In this document: in pieces, positions 27,401-44,540 of the stretch
How positions within the stretch are numbered: the first letter of the stretch is position 1
Layout: each line of letters begins with the position of its first letter
NCBI RefSeq assembly: GCF_009914755.1
Contig: NC_060947.1
DNA from: the human T2T-CHM13v2.0 reference genome, Homo sapiens
Length of the DNA: 64,000 nt
Reading direction: 5' to 3' (one strand)
Notes under the pieces: generated by a model
What the model saw: the letters and a program-made list of their open reading frames with translations, nothing else
Told to the model about the DNA's origin: nothing
Database searches by the model: none
Program-made: the position numbers and the translations under genes

Positions 27401-27720
27401 AGCTGGGCACAGTGGCTTACGCCTGTAATCCCAGCACTTTGGGAGGCTGAGGTGGGTGGATCATTTTGAGGTCAGGAGTTCAAGACCAGCCTGGGCAACA
27501 TGGTGAAACCCTGTCTCTACTAAAAATACAAAAATCAGCTGGACATGGTGGTGGGCGCCTGTAATCCCAGCTACTCGGGAGGCTGAGGCAGGAGAATCGC
27601 TTGAGCCCGGGACGGAGGTTGCAGTGAGCGGAGATCGTGCCACTGCACTACAGCCTGGGAGGCAGAGCGAGACTCTGTCTCATAAAACAAAACAAAAAAA
27701 TAAAAATAAGTAAAAAAATA
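27401..27720 (+). mobile_element. AluS in GPR82 3' UTR region
   Basis: Full-length Alu. Confidence 0.9.
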
Positions 27721-28375
27721 AATAAGAAATATCCTCATTCACATCTTACCTAAATGCATGAATAATACAGTGAAAAAAATCCAAGGTTTTATAAACATAT
27801 TATTTATTTGAAATTATCTGGCTCATGTTATTGGGGAGAAGCAATATTCATTGACCATATTTTTAAAGCAGATGATACTTATAAAAATGCTTAAATATTT
27901 GGATTAGGCTTTGTCAAAGTAAAAAGCTATGTCATTATATGCCCATCTTCATCACATTGTGCATATTTTCTTCTGTATTCAATATAAATAATGTTATTAG
28001 TGACAAACAGTACCTGGCAGTTAATTTTTTGTGAAATAAATGAATGAATAATAAGGGAGTGTAATAGTATTGCAGTTAAGAGATTGATCTCTGAAGTTAT
28101 ACTTCTTGGGTTCAATCTGGCTCTACTTTTTATTTAGCTGGACAATCTTAGGCAAATTAACTTATCCTCTGTACGTGTTAATTTCTTCATTTGTAGAGCA
28201 GAAAATACTATCTTATTTACAGATCCTATTATTAAATCAGCTGTTACTATTATGAGTAGCTAACGCTTAGTAAGCACTTGCTGTTTGCCAAGCATTCTAC
28301 TTATATGCTTTACATATATTATTTTAATCACCACAACTCTAAAGTATACTAATTTACTGATGAAAATATTGAAGT

Positions 28376-28688
28376 GGGCTGGGTGCGGTGGCTCATGCCT
28401 GTAATCCCAGCACTCTGGGAGGCCGAGGTGGGCAGATCACCTGAGGTCAGGAGTTCGAGACTAGCCTGGCCAACATGGCGAAACCCACCTCTACTAAAAA
28501 TACAAAAATTAGCTGGGCGTGGTGGTGTGTGCCTGTAGTCCCAGCTACTTGGGAGGCTGAGGCAGAAGAATCACTTGAACTCGGGAGGCTGAGGCAGGAG
28601 AATCACTTGAACTCAGGAGGCGGAGGTTGCAGTGAGCCAAGATCATGCCATTGCACTCCAGCCTGGGCGACAGAGTGAGACTCTGTCT

Positions 28689-28720
<32 letters not shown>
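28376..28720 (+). mobile_element. AluSx-like with 32-bp internal duplication, followed by (TA)n/(TATG)n
   Basis: Full-length Alu, long A tail. Confidence 0.9.
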
Positions 28721-28759
<39 letters not shown>

Positions 28760-29046
28760 GTATATGTGCATAGTTAAGTAAATCACCCCAATTTTTTCTA
28801 ATATTTAAGTGAACATTTAAAGATAAGCATTTCTTAATGTTAATTTCTTTTCTTTCATGTAATCTTGTCAGTAGACAAATGATGGTGACTATATTCTGTA
28901 ATAAGTACATATATTATGATTAAAAAAAAAAGCGTGTACTATCTGCCCAAAGAGATCATAAGCACTTTGGAGCTATAAACTTCTTGTCTATTTCTACTTC
29001 CATGGTACTGATATTCTCTTCTCAGATAACCAAACAAAAACAGCTG

Positions 29047-29052
29047 AATAAA
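29047..29052 (+). terminator. Distal poly(A) signal candidate for GPR82
   Basis: AATAAA in unique sequence with T/GT-rich sequence downstream. Confidence 0.5.
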
Positions 29053-29654
29053 ATCAACCATTAATAGTAACTTGCCACTTTGTTAGAGACTGCTTAAAGA
29101 CTCCTTTTTTTCTTCACATAGTAATTACTTCAGTGTCCAAAATGAAGTTTAAAGTAAGTTCACGTAATCCTTCCAAGGCTTTAATCTCATAGCATGTTTT
29201 GTTCCTGAGTTAGAGCTGTAAAAGCAATTCACAGTACATTGCCCAAGAGCCATGTGTTCAAAAATCACCAGAGGTTATTCCGGGGGCAAAACAAACAAAC
29301 AAAAAACCACACACACACACACACAAAAACCCAGTAAATTTTTTTTTCCTTTTCTACTTTGATGCTTAACTGAGACATGAAAATGTTCTGAGAAAAGTCT
29401 GAACACATTCTGGCTTCAAATATTTACAGTGAGTATCAATTCGTTTATAGTAGTAATTGGATTTTTGGCTCATTAATGTGCAGAGACAAAGGAGATTTGG
29501 GAACTTGAGGTGACCGTCCTGAATGCTAGCTGTAAATGGAAGTGTCCAATCTAGTGATTTCTAGACATGTAAGTCATAGAGTAACTCAAAGTCCATCAGG
29601 GAGAGTTCCTGAGATGCACAGATTTCTCCACAGTTACAAAAGTAGTTTTATTCT

Positions 29655-29942
29655 TTTTATGAGATGGGGTCTCACTCTGTCACCCAAGCTGGAGTGCAGT
29701 GGCGTGATCTGGCTCACTGCAACCTCCACCCCCCCGGGGTCAAGTGATTCTCCTACCTCAGCCTTCTGAATAGCTGGGACCACAGGTGCCCACCATCATG
29801 CCCGGCTAATTTTTGTTATTTTTTTGTAGAGACGGGGTTTCGCCATGTTACCCAGGTTGGTCTCGAATTCCTGAGCTCAAATAATCTGCCCATCTTGGCC
29901 TCCCAAAGTGTTGGGATTACAGGGGCAAGCCATTGTGCCCAG
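29655..29942 (-). mobile_element. Alu (J/S)
   Basis: Antisense dimeric Alu; TSD AAGTAGTTTTATTCTT. Confidence 0.9.
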
Positions 29943-30077
29943 ACTAAGTAGTTTTATTCTTACATGAGTTTTGAGACCAAAACTCATCCGACTAAGACAG
30001 TAATGTTTGTTTAACATAAGCTATACTGCATGTAATAATCTCACTGGACTTAGGAGTTTTAAAAAAATACAACTTCC

Positions 30078-30404
<327 letters not shown>

Positions 30405-30719
30405 TTATTTAAAAAACAATCACTTTACAGCTCTACCACTACTTTAAACAAAAAATATTTCTAGAGATTCTTACATTTAAAAAGGCAGGAAAAGAGATAT
30501 GCAATTTCTCTTTAAGTTACTCATTCTGATAAACTCACATTTTAATTTCCTATACTGAAGAATGAACTATATACTCAGCTCATTATCATCATGGATATCT
30601 TTACACCATAGATGCTTTCCTAAACAGTTGATTTTAAATCATGTTGAATTTTTTTATGTAATTGAAGAACTGGCTATTTAATGGCATAGTAAATATTTTA
30701 CTTAAAATATCACTTCTGT

Positions 30720-31013
30720 TTTTGGAGACAGGGTCTGTCTCTGTCGTCCAGGCTGGAGTACAGTGGTGATCATAGCTCACTGCAGCTTCAAACTCTTGGG
30801 CTCAGGTGATCTCACCACCTCAGCCTCCTGAGTAGCTAGGACTACAGGTGTGTGCCATCATGCCTGGCTAATTTTTGTATTTTTTTTTTTTTTTTTGTAG
30901 AGATGTGCTCTTGCTATGTTGCCCAGGCTGGTCTTGAACTCCTGGGCTCAAGCGATCCTCCCGCTTCAGCCTCCCAAAGTTTTGAGATTATAGGTGCAAG
31001 CCACTGTGCCTGG
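30720..31013 (-). mobile_element. AluJ
   Basis: Antisense dimeric Alu. Confidence 0.9.
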
Positions 31014-31674
31014 TTTTAAAATCACCTTCAAAACTTACCCTATTTTAAAGTTTGGATTTCAAAAAAACAGTGTTTTTAATGTGTCTGTGTGAGTTACAGT
31101 CAAACACAAATTTGGGGTTTCAGGAATCTCAAATTTTGACTCAAAGGCCAACAAGATTTTATCTTAAACTGTAGAAAACAGGCATACACATACTCTCATT
31201 AAGGCAGCTTTCAAACTATAATCAGGAACACAAACCATTAAGACTAGACAAAATTTAGGATAAACAACTTAACAGGGAAGTAAGTTTCTACTCCCTGGAT
31301 AGAAGAGGAAGATGGCCCATTCTGTTCAATTTGCTGAGGACTCTAGGCCTATCACTGGCCTTGTGCTCTGTCAGGGTGGGAGTTACGGGCAAATCTGGGA
31401 AGACAAGGTGAAAGGAAATCCTGCCGGCAAACCACAAAGGGAGAACAGAGGGAACACTGGTAATCTGCTAAGCATAAGCATTTCAATCCAGCAGCCTAAT
31501 GCCACAAACCTTCCTCTGATGGCCCCTACACTCAAATGGAATTGATAACACTGGGAAGAGTTACTACAGCTATAGTTGCACCTGACAGAAAAACCTCTGG
31601 CTATATCACACACGCTACTCCTGGCTCAGAAGGAGAGGAACAGTAAAAGGATTCACTTCTAATAAGCAAAAGAA

Positions 31675-32291
<617 letters not shown>

Positions 32292-32405
32292 CTAAGTACA
32301 ATTATTAAAATGCCACATTAAAACTGAACGTGCACATTATGTTAAAAAATCTTATAAAAGAAATGCAGAAGATTAACCAATGTTAATATAATAATAAAGA
32401 ATAGT

Positions 32406-32759
<354 letters not shown>

Positions 32760-33575
32760 CTATACAACATGATAAACTTTGGGGAGTTGTGGTATCAGGT
32801 GTAAAAGAAACATCAGTAACGGAGAACAAGAGACTACGGAATGCTTTAAGAAATCCACAATGTCATGCCAACCAGTGTTATATGATAAACACAAATTTAT
32901 CATAAAGTCTGGCCTTAAATAGGTAAAAGGAGAACTGAGACCAGAAGGGAACCAAAAAGCAGCCAGGCGTGTTCACACAGGTTAGCAAGGAAAACCATTT
33001 AAAGGAAGCACACTCAGAAACACTCTGGCCTCTGGCTGAGTGTGTGTGTGACTGGGGTTTGCACAGTTCTAAGAACTAAAAACAGCACCCAGACCTTCTG
33101 GGCACAGGCACCATTCAGAATAGAAAGTGATTGTGGGTAGCAATTTGCATTCTCAGAGAAACTGTTTCACTTCAACTTCAGTTATTAGAATTATACATGA
33201 GTAGGTCAGAGTGACAGAAAGGTCTAAAACTAAGTCTCCCCACAACCTCATGATCTAAGGCTGCCTGCAAGAGTTAGGAGAGAGGAGAAAATTCCACAAA
33301 CTCTCAGTGCTTAGTAGAGCCCATGAAAGAAGGCAAAGAGCCAGGAGTTGCATTTACCTTGACAACTGTGCTATTTCTTTCTAAAGTACTTTTAATTTAG
33401 GGGTGAGAGGAAGAAAAAAAAATACCAGAAACATAATGAAAGTTTTCACATTCTTTCACAAGAAAAAGTAGAATTAAAGGGAAGAAGATGACAGAAAAAA
33501 ATAGAAATTTATATGCATGCCTTAATTAATACCTGTAGGGAGGCAAATCTTGAGAATTATAACAGTCTATTATGA

Positions 33576-33786
33576 CAGTGGGCCTTAACCAGGGACAATT
33601 TTTGTGCCCCAGGGGACATTTAGCAATGTTTGGAGACATTTTTGGTTGTCACAACTAGGGGGAGATGCTACTGGCATCTAGTGGGTGAAGGATGCTTAGC
33701 AGCATCCTACAATTCCCAGGACAGCCTCCCACAGCAAAGAATATAGCCTGATATGTCACTAAGTGTGGCTGTGGGGAGGCCCAGCA
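33576..33786 (+). mobile_element. MER20 hAT-Charlie MITE
   Basis: CCCCAGGGGACATTTAGCAATGTTTGGAGACATTTTTGGTTGTCACAACT...GCTACTGGCATCTAGTGGGT. Confidence 0.8.
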
Positions 33787-34449
33787 CTATGTTCACACAT
33801 CTCTCGAATTTCAAAGGATTATATGATTGCTTTTTATGCAGTTTTATGTGAAACTGCTTCTTCAGAGCAAGCAGTTCCCAAAAATAGATTACATGGTACC
33901 ATATATTCAAATCTAACCAAATAATCCTTTTAAGACTCAGTTACAATGATTACAAAAGGAAATACCTTTTGTAAAAAAGTAAAGAAAAAAGTATTAATAA
34001 ATATAATAACAGGATCCTTGGGAAATGTAATGCTTTTGGATCATATGCCAAGAATTATGAGAGAGAGAGAGAGAATGAGAATATTCTTGGCTAGATGAAA
34101 CAGATGATAAAATAAATTTTTCTTAGAGAAATAAAATATTGCAATGCTCTTCTGTTTTCGTTATTAAATATAAGGAAAGAAAACTTAGACAAAAACTTTA
34201 ACTGCAGAAACAAAAATCTACATACAAACCAAATCTACATACAGATAAGTCACTGAATATATATCTGAATGGAAAGAAAAGCTCATAGGTTGCTTTATTG
34301 GCAAAAATATTAACAAATCAAACCAAGTGAAAATTTACATTATTAGCATGTGAAATGTATTGTTCTTGAAGTTTTACAATGACCACTATGTTGGAATACC
34401 CCTGTAACAGGGTCTTGAATAAAACTAAGTTTTGCCTACGTTACCAAAG

Positions 34450-35040
34450 ATATATTAGGAAATCCTATTGGCATAATCTCCAAAATATATCAGGAATCTA
34501 ACTAATTTTTTTTTTTTTTTTACTACCTCCACTGCTACTACTCTGGTCTGAGCCAGGCAGGATCATCTCCTGTCTCCTTTTTACTCTCCTCTTTGCACAT
34601 TTTGCCTCAGCCACACCGGCCTCCTTGCTGTTCCTCGAGCAGGCTACTTGTGTTCCTGTCTTTCGGTCTTTGCACTGGCTGTTCCTTTTAACTGAAGTGC
34701 TCTTCCCTCAGCTGTCAGATTAGCCCGCTTCCTCTCTTCCAAGTCCTTGCTCAGATATCATCATCTCAATGTGGCCTGCTTTGACCACCATATTTACAAA
34801 AGCAAGCCCTTCTCTGGACACTCCCTAACCTTCTGACCACTCTAGTTTTTTCTGTGATACTTTTCACATTCTAGCCTACTATGTAGTTCATTTGTTTACT
34901 GAGTATTGCCTCCCTGAACTAGAATGTCAGCTCCATGAGGGCAGTGATTTTTGTCTGTTTTCTTCACTGACGTAGCTCCGGTTCCTAGGACAGTGCCTGC
35001 CACACAGTAGGCACTCAATAAATATCTTTTGGATGAATGT
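34450..35040 (+). mobile_element. L2 (LINE-2) 3' end
   Basis: AGCTCCATGAGGGCAG...ACAGTGCCTGCCACACAGTAGGCACTCAATAAATA...GAATG. Confidence 0.8.
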
Positions 35041-35152
35041 CTTAAGAAAAATACACCAACATTAAAAATTTTCAATTAACTAAATGTGAGTATTCTATTC
35101 ACCCATGTAAAAATGTGTGGATTTCGGCTTCTGAAATATAAAGAATATCAAC

Positions 35153-35567
<415 letters not shown>

Positions 35568-35869
35568 TTACTTATTTGCAGTTTGAGAATTACTTCTTTT
35601 TCATTCCTTGGCATGTTTCTACGTGCTTCCTCTAAACTATTTAGCATGTACTTTAGAAATAATAAACTAATCTAACATACTCCAACGTAAGACTACTTTT
35701 GGGCCTTTGCACAAACTGTTCCTTCTGCCTGAAATGTCTTTTTGTCTCCATATAACTACCCCATGATTCAAGAACAAGCTCCAATGTGACCTCCCCCAGG
35801 AAACTTCTCTGACCTCATCTTTTAATGATACTTATCACCTTCTACCTTGCACAATAATTATTTGTCTTT

Positions 35870-36385
35870 CTAAAGGTGGCCACGAACAAGTTCTCCCATC
35901 CTTGTATATATCTGGCACTCCATCAATCAAAATATGAATCTATGTTTCTTCCCCTTGAACTCAGACTAGCCTTGTGACCTTTTTGTGAAGTATGTTTCAA
36001 CTAATGAAATGCATAAGATGTGACACAGTGTCAGTTTGCTTCAGGAGGCCTAGCACCTTCCATTTTTGCTCTTTTGGAGCCCTAAGACACTGTCTTGCTG
36101 GAGATAGGGCCACGTGGAGAGAGAGAGACGTTTTGAATGAGAGACCGCAAAGAGCGCCCAGCCAGCTCCCAGCTGTTCTAGTCACTTCAGTTGAGATGTC
36201 AGAAAAATGAGTGAAGCCTATGTGGAAACTAGCCACGCTACGTCACCAACATCCTGTGAAACAGAATTGAGCAGTCCTATCAAGCTCTGCCCAAACTGCA
36301 GAATTGTGAGCAAGTAAGCAGCAGTTATTGATTGAAGTCACTATGTTTTGGCATGTGTTGATCTGCTACAGTAGATAAGAGATAC
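35870..36385 (+). mobile_element. MLT1 (MaLR) LTR inserted in an L2 remnant
   Basis: CTGCCCAAACTGCAGAATTGTGAGCAA...GCTACAGTAGATAA 3' signature. Confidence 0.65.
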
Positions 36386-36841
36386 CGAGCCTTATCTCCC
36401 TACTGAGACCATAATACTTTTAGGGCTCCAAGCACAGTAATCTGTATAAAGTAGGCACTCAAATATTTGTTAAATAAATAAATCAGAAGGTAAATTAAAA
36501 GGTGAGGTCAAATTATCTACTTTTGGATATTAATTAGGTTTAGGTTGTCATATCAAATACCAGTTAATCAAAAGCTGACTACATTATTGAAAGTATTACA
36601 GTAGAATATATTGTCAATCATTGTTTATTATATGATGTTGATATAATTATCTTTCGAGAATAATTCATTCAAAATAAAATTGCCTCTTGAGCAAAACAGT
36701 TCTTAACATAATGCTATTACATGAACACATTTTAGGTTTTTAAATTATCATTTTTTTCTTGTATATAGTTTAGAATATATACAAAGAGATATATTTTACT
36801 CTCTACATATGAACTTTCTTACATTAATTAATGCAAAATAA

Positions 36842-37325
<484 letters not shown>

Positions 37326-38277
37326 TAATTTACACTAATGTGTATTTTGTATATTTCTCCAGTGATTTTCATTTGCTATTAAAATATTTTACTAGATGGT
37401 TTTGGAATTGCTCATGTTTTCCCTCAGCTTTTAACTACAAGGATTTCTGTGAAAATTTCCCAAACATTATAGACACTTTAATTAAACTCTACTTAATTTT
37501 CTTAATCATTTAAAGTATTAAATACATCGAAGAAGCCAGGCCTTTAATAATATATCTTGAGGGAAGGAACACTATGTATGTGCATGCTGGAGGTTAGAGA
37601 AAGGCCAGTGACAAAATATCAGAGCTTAAAAGTGTAGCCCAGGGTCAAAGGGACCTCAGGGGCTCCCTAGTGATTCTGGGCCTTGGGAGAAGCTAGGGAT
37701 CAGGAGGAAGGCCTACTGGTCTCATTTCTTGCCTCCCTCTATGTTTGGCTTGACACCGTTAAAGAACCAGGAACTGAGAGTTCTCATTAACCCGATACTG
37801 GGATGAAATAGGCAGAAAGACTGAATAATGATAATACCGGTATTCCAAGCATAAAATCGTATTACATGTATAATTATGATTTCATACTATATTTAAAAAC
37901 TATCTGCAAAAAAATACAATGCTGACTATTCTGCATTGCAATATTATGAAAATATGTTATGATTAACTTTTACTATATAAACCAAATTCTAATTTCCCCC
38001 CCAATTAACTCAGTATAGGATATTGTTTGGTTTTTCCTATTTATTGGATTTTTCATTTCTCTCTCACACACAATGGCAAAAGAGAAATAATACAATTTTA
38101 GATTGCATGAACACTTCAGTAAAAATAAATAAATTGAAATTATAGTGTTCCTAGTAAGAATTAGTACAATGACTTCCCAAATACAAAGCAGTTAAATACA
38201 TTTTTACTTAGAAGTAAAATTAAGATGTTCTTTATGACAATATTAAAGAAGAATTCTTGATTATCATTGTTATATCA

Positions 38278-38415
<138 letters not shown>

Positions 38416-39613
38416 CTAAAAACTGTAAACAATTTTTATTTTAAAACTTAATATACAGTGCTCCTAGTTTATAACTCCCACTCTCATATTAGCTGTCCAT
38501 GGACACATTTGATTTGAGCAGACAGGATTGGTGTAAAGTGAGGCTTAATAATGAAAATGTTGGCAGACTCAAAAGTTTATGGGCTTCATGAAGAAATAGT
38601 ATGCTCTATATTTTCTAAGCTATCTAAGTCAAAAGAATTACACATAGTTCATAAGTAAATTTGCTTTGCAAACTAAAAATTCAAGCTTAAAACATGACAA
38701 TTTTTTTCCCCAATACTCAGGTAATTCTACTTAAACTGGACTGCGTTATGTAAACAGTGCTCAGGGCTGCCCCAAGGATTCAGACTCAAGCAGTGGGAGC
38801 CTTTGATCTGCCAGCAAATAATAAGATGCTCTTCATCTTACTTCTATTTAGCTGTGAGGACAAATGAGGGAAGAGCCACCCTTATCGGACAATTTCTTTT
38901 TGTAACATAATCAAGTTTTAGTTGGGGCTCCCTTGAACAAAGTGGAGTTAATTCTAGGCACATGTCCTAGAAAGCCTGACTCCTTACATGGCCAGCTGAG
39001 GAGCCCTCATGGAGCACAGGTGAAGAACAAAGAAGAAATCAGCATTTTAAAGAACAGGAATTAAAAAATGGTAATGGGGTTAACTAGCAACCATGTGTGA
39101 CAAGAGCAGTTGATTCAGTACCACTTTAGAACCTCCTTCTCCTATTTCTAAAGTTCTTCTATAATTGCCCTATTACTCTTTCTCTGAGTATCTGTTTCAT
39201 TTTCTGTATTTTATTCCCTCCATATTTGTCTCTTTTCTTCCTATTCCCCTTCTTTTCTCATTTTTTCCCTTTTCCTTCCCAACCAGCATGACAGAAATGC
39301 AATAGACTTAACACTGTTCACTGTATAATATTTATAGAATTTTGTTTTGTTTCCAGATCTTATATTTCTGATACAAGTGACCTTGAACATGTGTATGTGA
39401 CTCAGGACTAAAAAAAAAAAAAAAATCCCTATCCTGGCTTTACAATTAAAAGACATTTCCATCAAGTTCCCTCTTTGGCATGATACCATTTAATCAAGCT
39501 CACAGGAATATTTCTCTAGTTAGCATATGCATTATTTCATGTATTACAATTAATTGGAAAGGTTCCATTTTAAAAATGAAAGGTAGGAGAAAAAACAAAA
39601 ACAAAAACAAACC

Positions 39614-39661
39614 CAAGCCTTGTTCCTGTACTAATCACAAGCCTTGTTCCTGTACTAATCA
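39614..39661 (+). repeat. Perfect 24-bp tandem duplication
   Basis: CAAGCCTTGTTCCTGTACTAATCA x2. Confidence 0.97.
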
Positions 39662-39809
39662 CAGGCTCCTTACAACGGGGCTTTAAGCCAGAGAGCTAGG
39701 CTCATGTAATCATTAGCTCTGATGTTTTAATTTATCTTACTTTGCAAATGCACATATAAGGGGTTGTGCTCATATACTCTTTGCTTGGGCCATTGTAGCC
39801 TGTAATTAA

Positions 39810-40122
<313 letters not shown>

Positions 40123-42759
40123 TAAGTTTTGTTCAAATGAGGGGTTAACTTGGTGTTGTGGCCCATTACTGGTTCAAATCAGGCTTTGGAAGATCTGTAA
40201 CCCCTTGAAATGGCTAAGAGACTACACCTGTCAAAGTGCTTTGTAAACTCTAAACCATGCTACAAAGGTTAAGACATTATTAGTACAATATTATTATTGT
40301 TAAGTTCAATCAAAGATTTAGGAACAGCTTATTTGTCCATCTAGATGTCAACATGGAAATACTGGGTAAATTTAAATTAGTTAAAGTGGACATAGCTTGT
40401 ACCCACAGAATGAACTATTTTGGATACAAAGCACTGAGACAGCCACCTAAATTATCTTTAACCTAAAGAAAATTCCTATCTCAAAGTCTCATAACACAAA
40501 ACCAAACTCAATGAATGAGGCTTTTTTCATTTGCATATGAGAACACTCAATTACTTGACCCAAACGTATGTACACAGCAGAATCTTTGCGGCGTGTGTGG
40601 AGACAGTGGAACTGTTTTTCTTCCCAAGTTATAACAGAACTGAACTATCTTTCTCCACCCTCCCAGTCATGATCCTGCGAGGCAATGCATGTCAAAGTGT
40701 GCAAGCAGAATAAAACAAGAACTAAAATCTGCCCACATGTTCTAGGAAGTTGCTGACTAAACTTTTAATCAAAAAACTTCACTTCATGAAGCATCATAGA
40801 GACCTGTGCTTTCAGAGAAACTCAGCAATATATTTGTTTATCTTTATCTTTCCTAAGGATCAGCAAGATAATAACTCCATGGAAGGAAAAAGCTGGCCAG
40901 CAATGCATTTACTGCCTTTGGAAGGAGGCATTTCAGGGGTGCAGCATGGTAGAAGAGAGGTGATTCAGTCTGCTATTCTTGTCAATGCAGGTGAAAAGCC
41001 TAATGCTATTTGCTAGGCAGAAGAGACCTTATCTCTGAAATGCCCTTAATAGGATATCTCTGGCTAAGGATTACTATGGTAAGTAGAACACGGGATCTCT
41101 GAGGCACAGATGGCTTCCTGGAGAATGTCAATGGAGCTATCCAAATCTCTGGGGTGTAAAATGAAGATATTTGCAATGCTCCCCTTTGTGTGTGGAAACC
41201 CACAAACCCCAGTATAAACCTCATCTATTCTGGGCCAGAGGTGCATTTCTGAGGCAGTAAGAAGTGACGTGGGGGGCTGCCCTTCCCTTCTCTGCTTCAC
41301 TTGAGCCTTCTGACTGCCTGTATCCTTGAGATTATTTAGTAAAGCTTGGTACTAGTTAAGAAGATCTCTGAGAGTTTGATTTGATAATCTGATCTTGTGT
41401 GTTAGCTCACTCCACAACTCATCACCCCTGAAAGGATGGAGGTAATAACTAATTGGGTTGCACTAAGGACTGAACACAGTTTTATTTTATGCCATGCTTT
41501 GCTGCTCCTCTTGAAGCTCAGCCAGTTGGAGAAAAACAACATTATCAATTTGATTACTTGGTGTCTCAGAGTCTTCTTGCAGTCGGTCTCACTAGAATAC
41601 TGATACAAGCTGAATTTCCTAACAATAAATCACAGAATCAGAGAGGACGAAGAAAGATTAGAAGTCATCTGTCATTAAACCAATGGAAGAATCTACGCGC
41701 CCTTGTTGCATGGTCATTGATCCTCTGCAATAGCAAACACACATAATAATACTTTCTGAGTCCCCGCCTACTTTTTTTTATTGTTCAGAGGAAGAACCTT
41801 TAATAAACTGCCTCCAAACCTCTCTCTTTGCAATGTCATCTACTGGTCCCAATGCTACTCTTTTCTGGTCCACTCTGGAAAGTTCCTTTCACCATTTTAA
41901 CAGCTTATACAGGTGGCTTTAAAAATCAATAGGCTTTCATTTTGATGTGTATAAACATCTACCTTTTCTATAAATCTCAAGATTAGGAGAGACCACAAGT
42001 CATGTCATTGTATGACATCATCTCTTCACACTACCATCCTGCTTATCCTGACATGTAGCCCAGTGGCAGAGATAGGCTTGAAGTTAAGGAAAAGCAATAA
42101 AGATGACTGGGGACCAGAGTAAAAGTGGTACTGGTTTCACATCAATCCTGTCAGCATACCTGCCAGGTATCCCCGTGTTATTGTGGTTCAAGAAGGGAAA
42201 AATCCCCTTCTTCCATTGAGTTTCACTAGTATTGACTATTTTTGGTATGAAAGAATGCTTTAAAATTTTGAGGGACAAGAAAGAATAAAAATTTAAAATT
42301 GTAATAAAAACTCAAAATAATAGAAGATGGGATTTAAAAAAACCCTGGAATGTGCTTTAGAGAACATTGCACAAAAGAAAAGAGAATATTTAGCTTTAGT
42401 TCTACCGCGTATAGATCAGAAGCCTAAAGAACACACATAAACTTTCATTTGCTCCTTCGCCCTAGCCCCAGCAGTACAAAAACACAGCGACCACACATTG
42501 AGCATATTCTTTATTTTGTGCCATAGCCATGGCTGCTCCATCCCTGAGACTAGGTCCCTTGCTCTTCAGCCAGAAGGAGTCAGGGCAATGAATTTGAAGA
42601 CATTCAAGTCATGCTGAGCTCAAAGCTGTATTAAGGTGGTCTCCAAGTTGTTTCCAGCTATGTTTGTCTAAGATGCTATAATTGTAAAAGAAATGGTAAG
42701 ACAGAGGAAATCATTTAATATAACTGTTTTTCAAATGATAAAAAGTTTTCATAAATCCT

Positions 42760-43116
<357 letters not shown>

Positions 43117-43228
43117 CTATGGCTGGTGACTAAGGAGGGATGCTGTATTCCATGTATTAAAAAGGCAACCTACAGGAGTGGGTAATTATGATTGAATGTA
43201 ACCAAAACAGAAAGCTGTGTTGCTCTAA

Positions 43229-43582
<354 letters not shown>

Positions 43583-43950
43583 CATATTTCCTTCTTATTT
43601 TGAGTCATTAGGTCTTTACAAACAACTTCTCCACTTAGAACAACAGCTGCCATTTGATTGGTAGGTCTCACACTGGCCTGAAGCAAATATATTTTTAAAA
43701 ATGGTGCTTTTATTTCTCTTCCTTTTACTGTTCTTTACTTTTCCTTAATTATTGTGAGATAATTTGATATCACTAAAAGGCAAAATGAAGAACTAATGAG
43801 GCAGATTTGCCAAAACAAAAATAAAAAAACCCAAGTAGAATTCTACATGGTTCCTGAGCTATTAGATCCCCGCTTCCTGTACAAAAATCATCAGAAATGG
43901 GAAAGACAGCAGTACTGAAAATGTAAGCCTGTATTATAAACCCACGTTTT

Positions 43951-44254
<304 letters not shown>

Positions 44255-44462
44255 CCTATAAACCCATGTTAATAGATAAACTCATTGTTCGGTATTTTGC
44301 ATTTCCAGTGACTATCGGTTCTACTAACACATACTAAAACAGAGATGTTCCCTGTAGCAAAGAGCAGCAGCATGCTCTTTATCAGTTTGTCATGTGATGT
44401 CTTTGTCATTTTCTTTTTTTATTTTCAACTTGACCTCTGGTGATTAGATATACAATACATAC

Positions 44463-44540
44463 CTGGCTACAGCTTCACTGTACACAAAACCAGCGTCAGC
44501 TCGCTTTACGATTTCAAAACACAGATCTGCTCCATCCATA
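44463..44540 (-). CDS. CASK: CASK exon 4 (78 nt), CaMK-like domain: (F)[25 protein letters not shown](S)
   Basis: Reverse-complement translation matches CASK protein; acceptor TTTTTTACAG and donor AG|GTATGT on minus strand. Confidence 0.96.

Larger units (their letters stand above)
25933..29070 (+). other. GPR82: GPR82 terminal exon (34-nt 5' UTR, CDS, 3' UTR)
   Basis: Acceptor TTCTATTCTAG| (AG 25931-25932); 3' end inferred from the distal AATAAA at 29047. Confidence 0.65.

Noticed and set aside
32881-32905. TATGATAAA...TTTATCATA inverted repeat
   Set aside because: A short AT-rich stem is expected by chance in 64 kb.
33359-33381. Possible 23-nt minus-strand CASK microexon (CTTTAG...AAG|GTAAAT)
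   Set aside because: Length not a multiple of 3, pyrimidine tract separated from the AG, no evidence of use.
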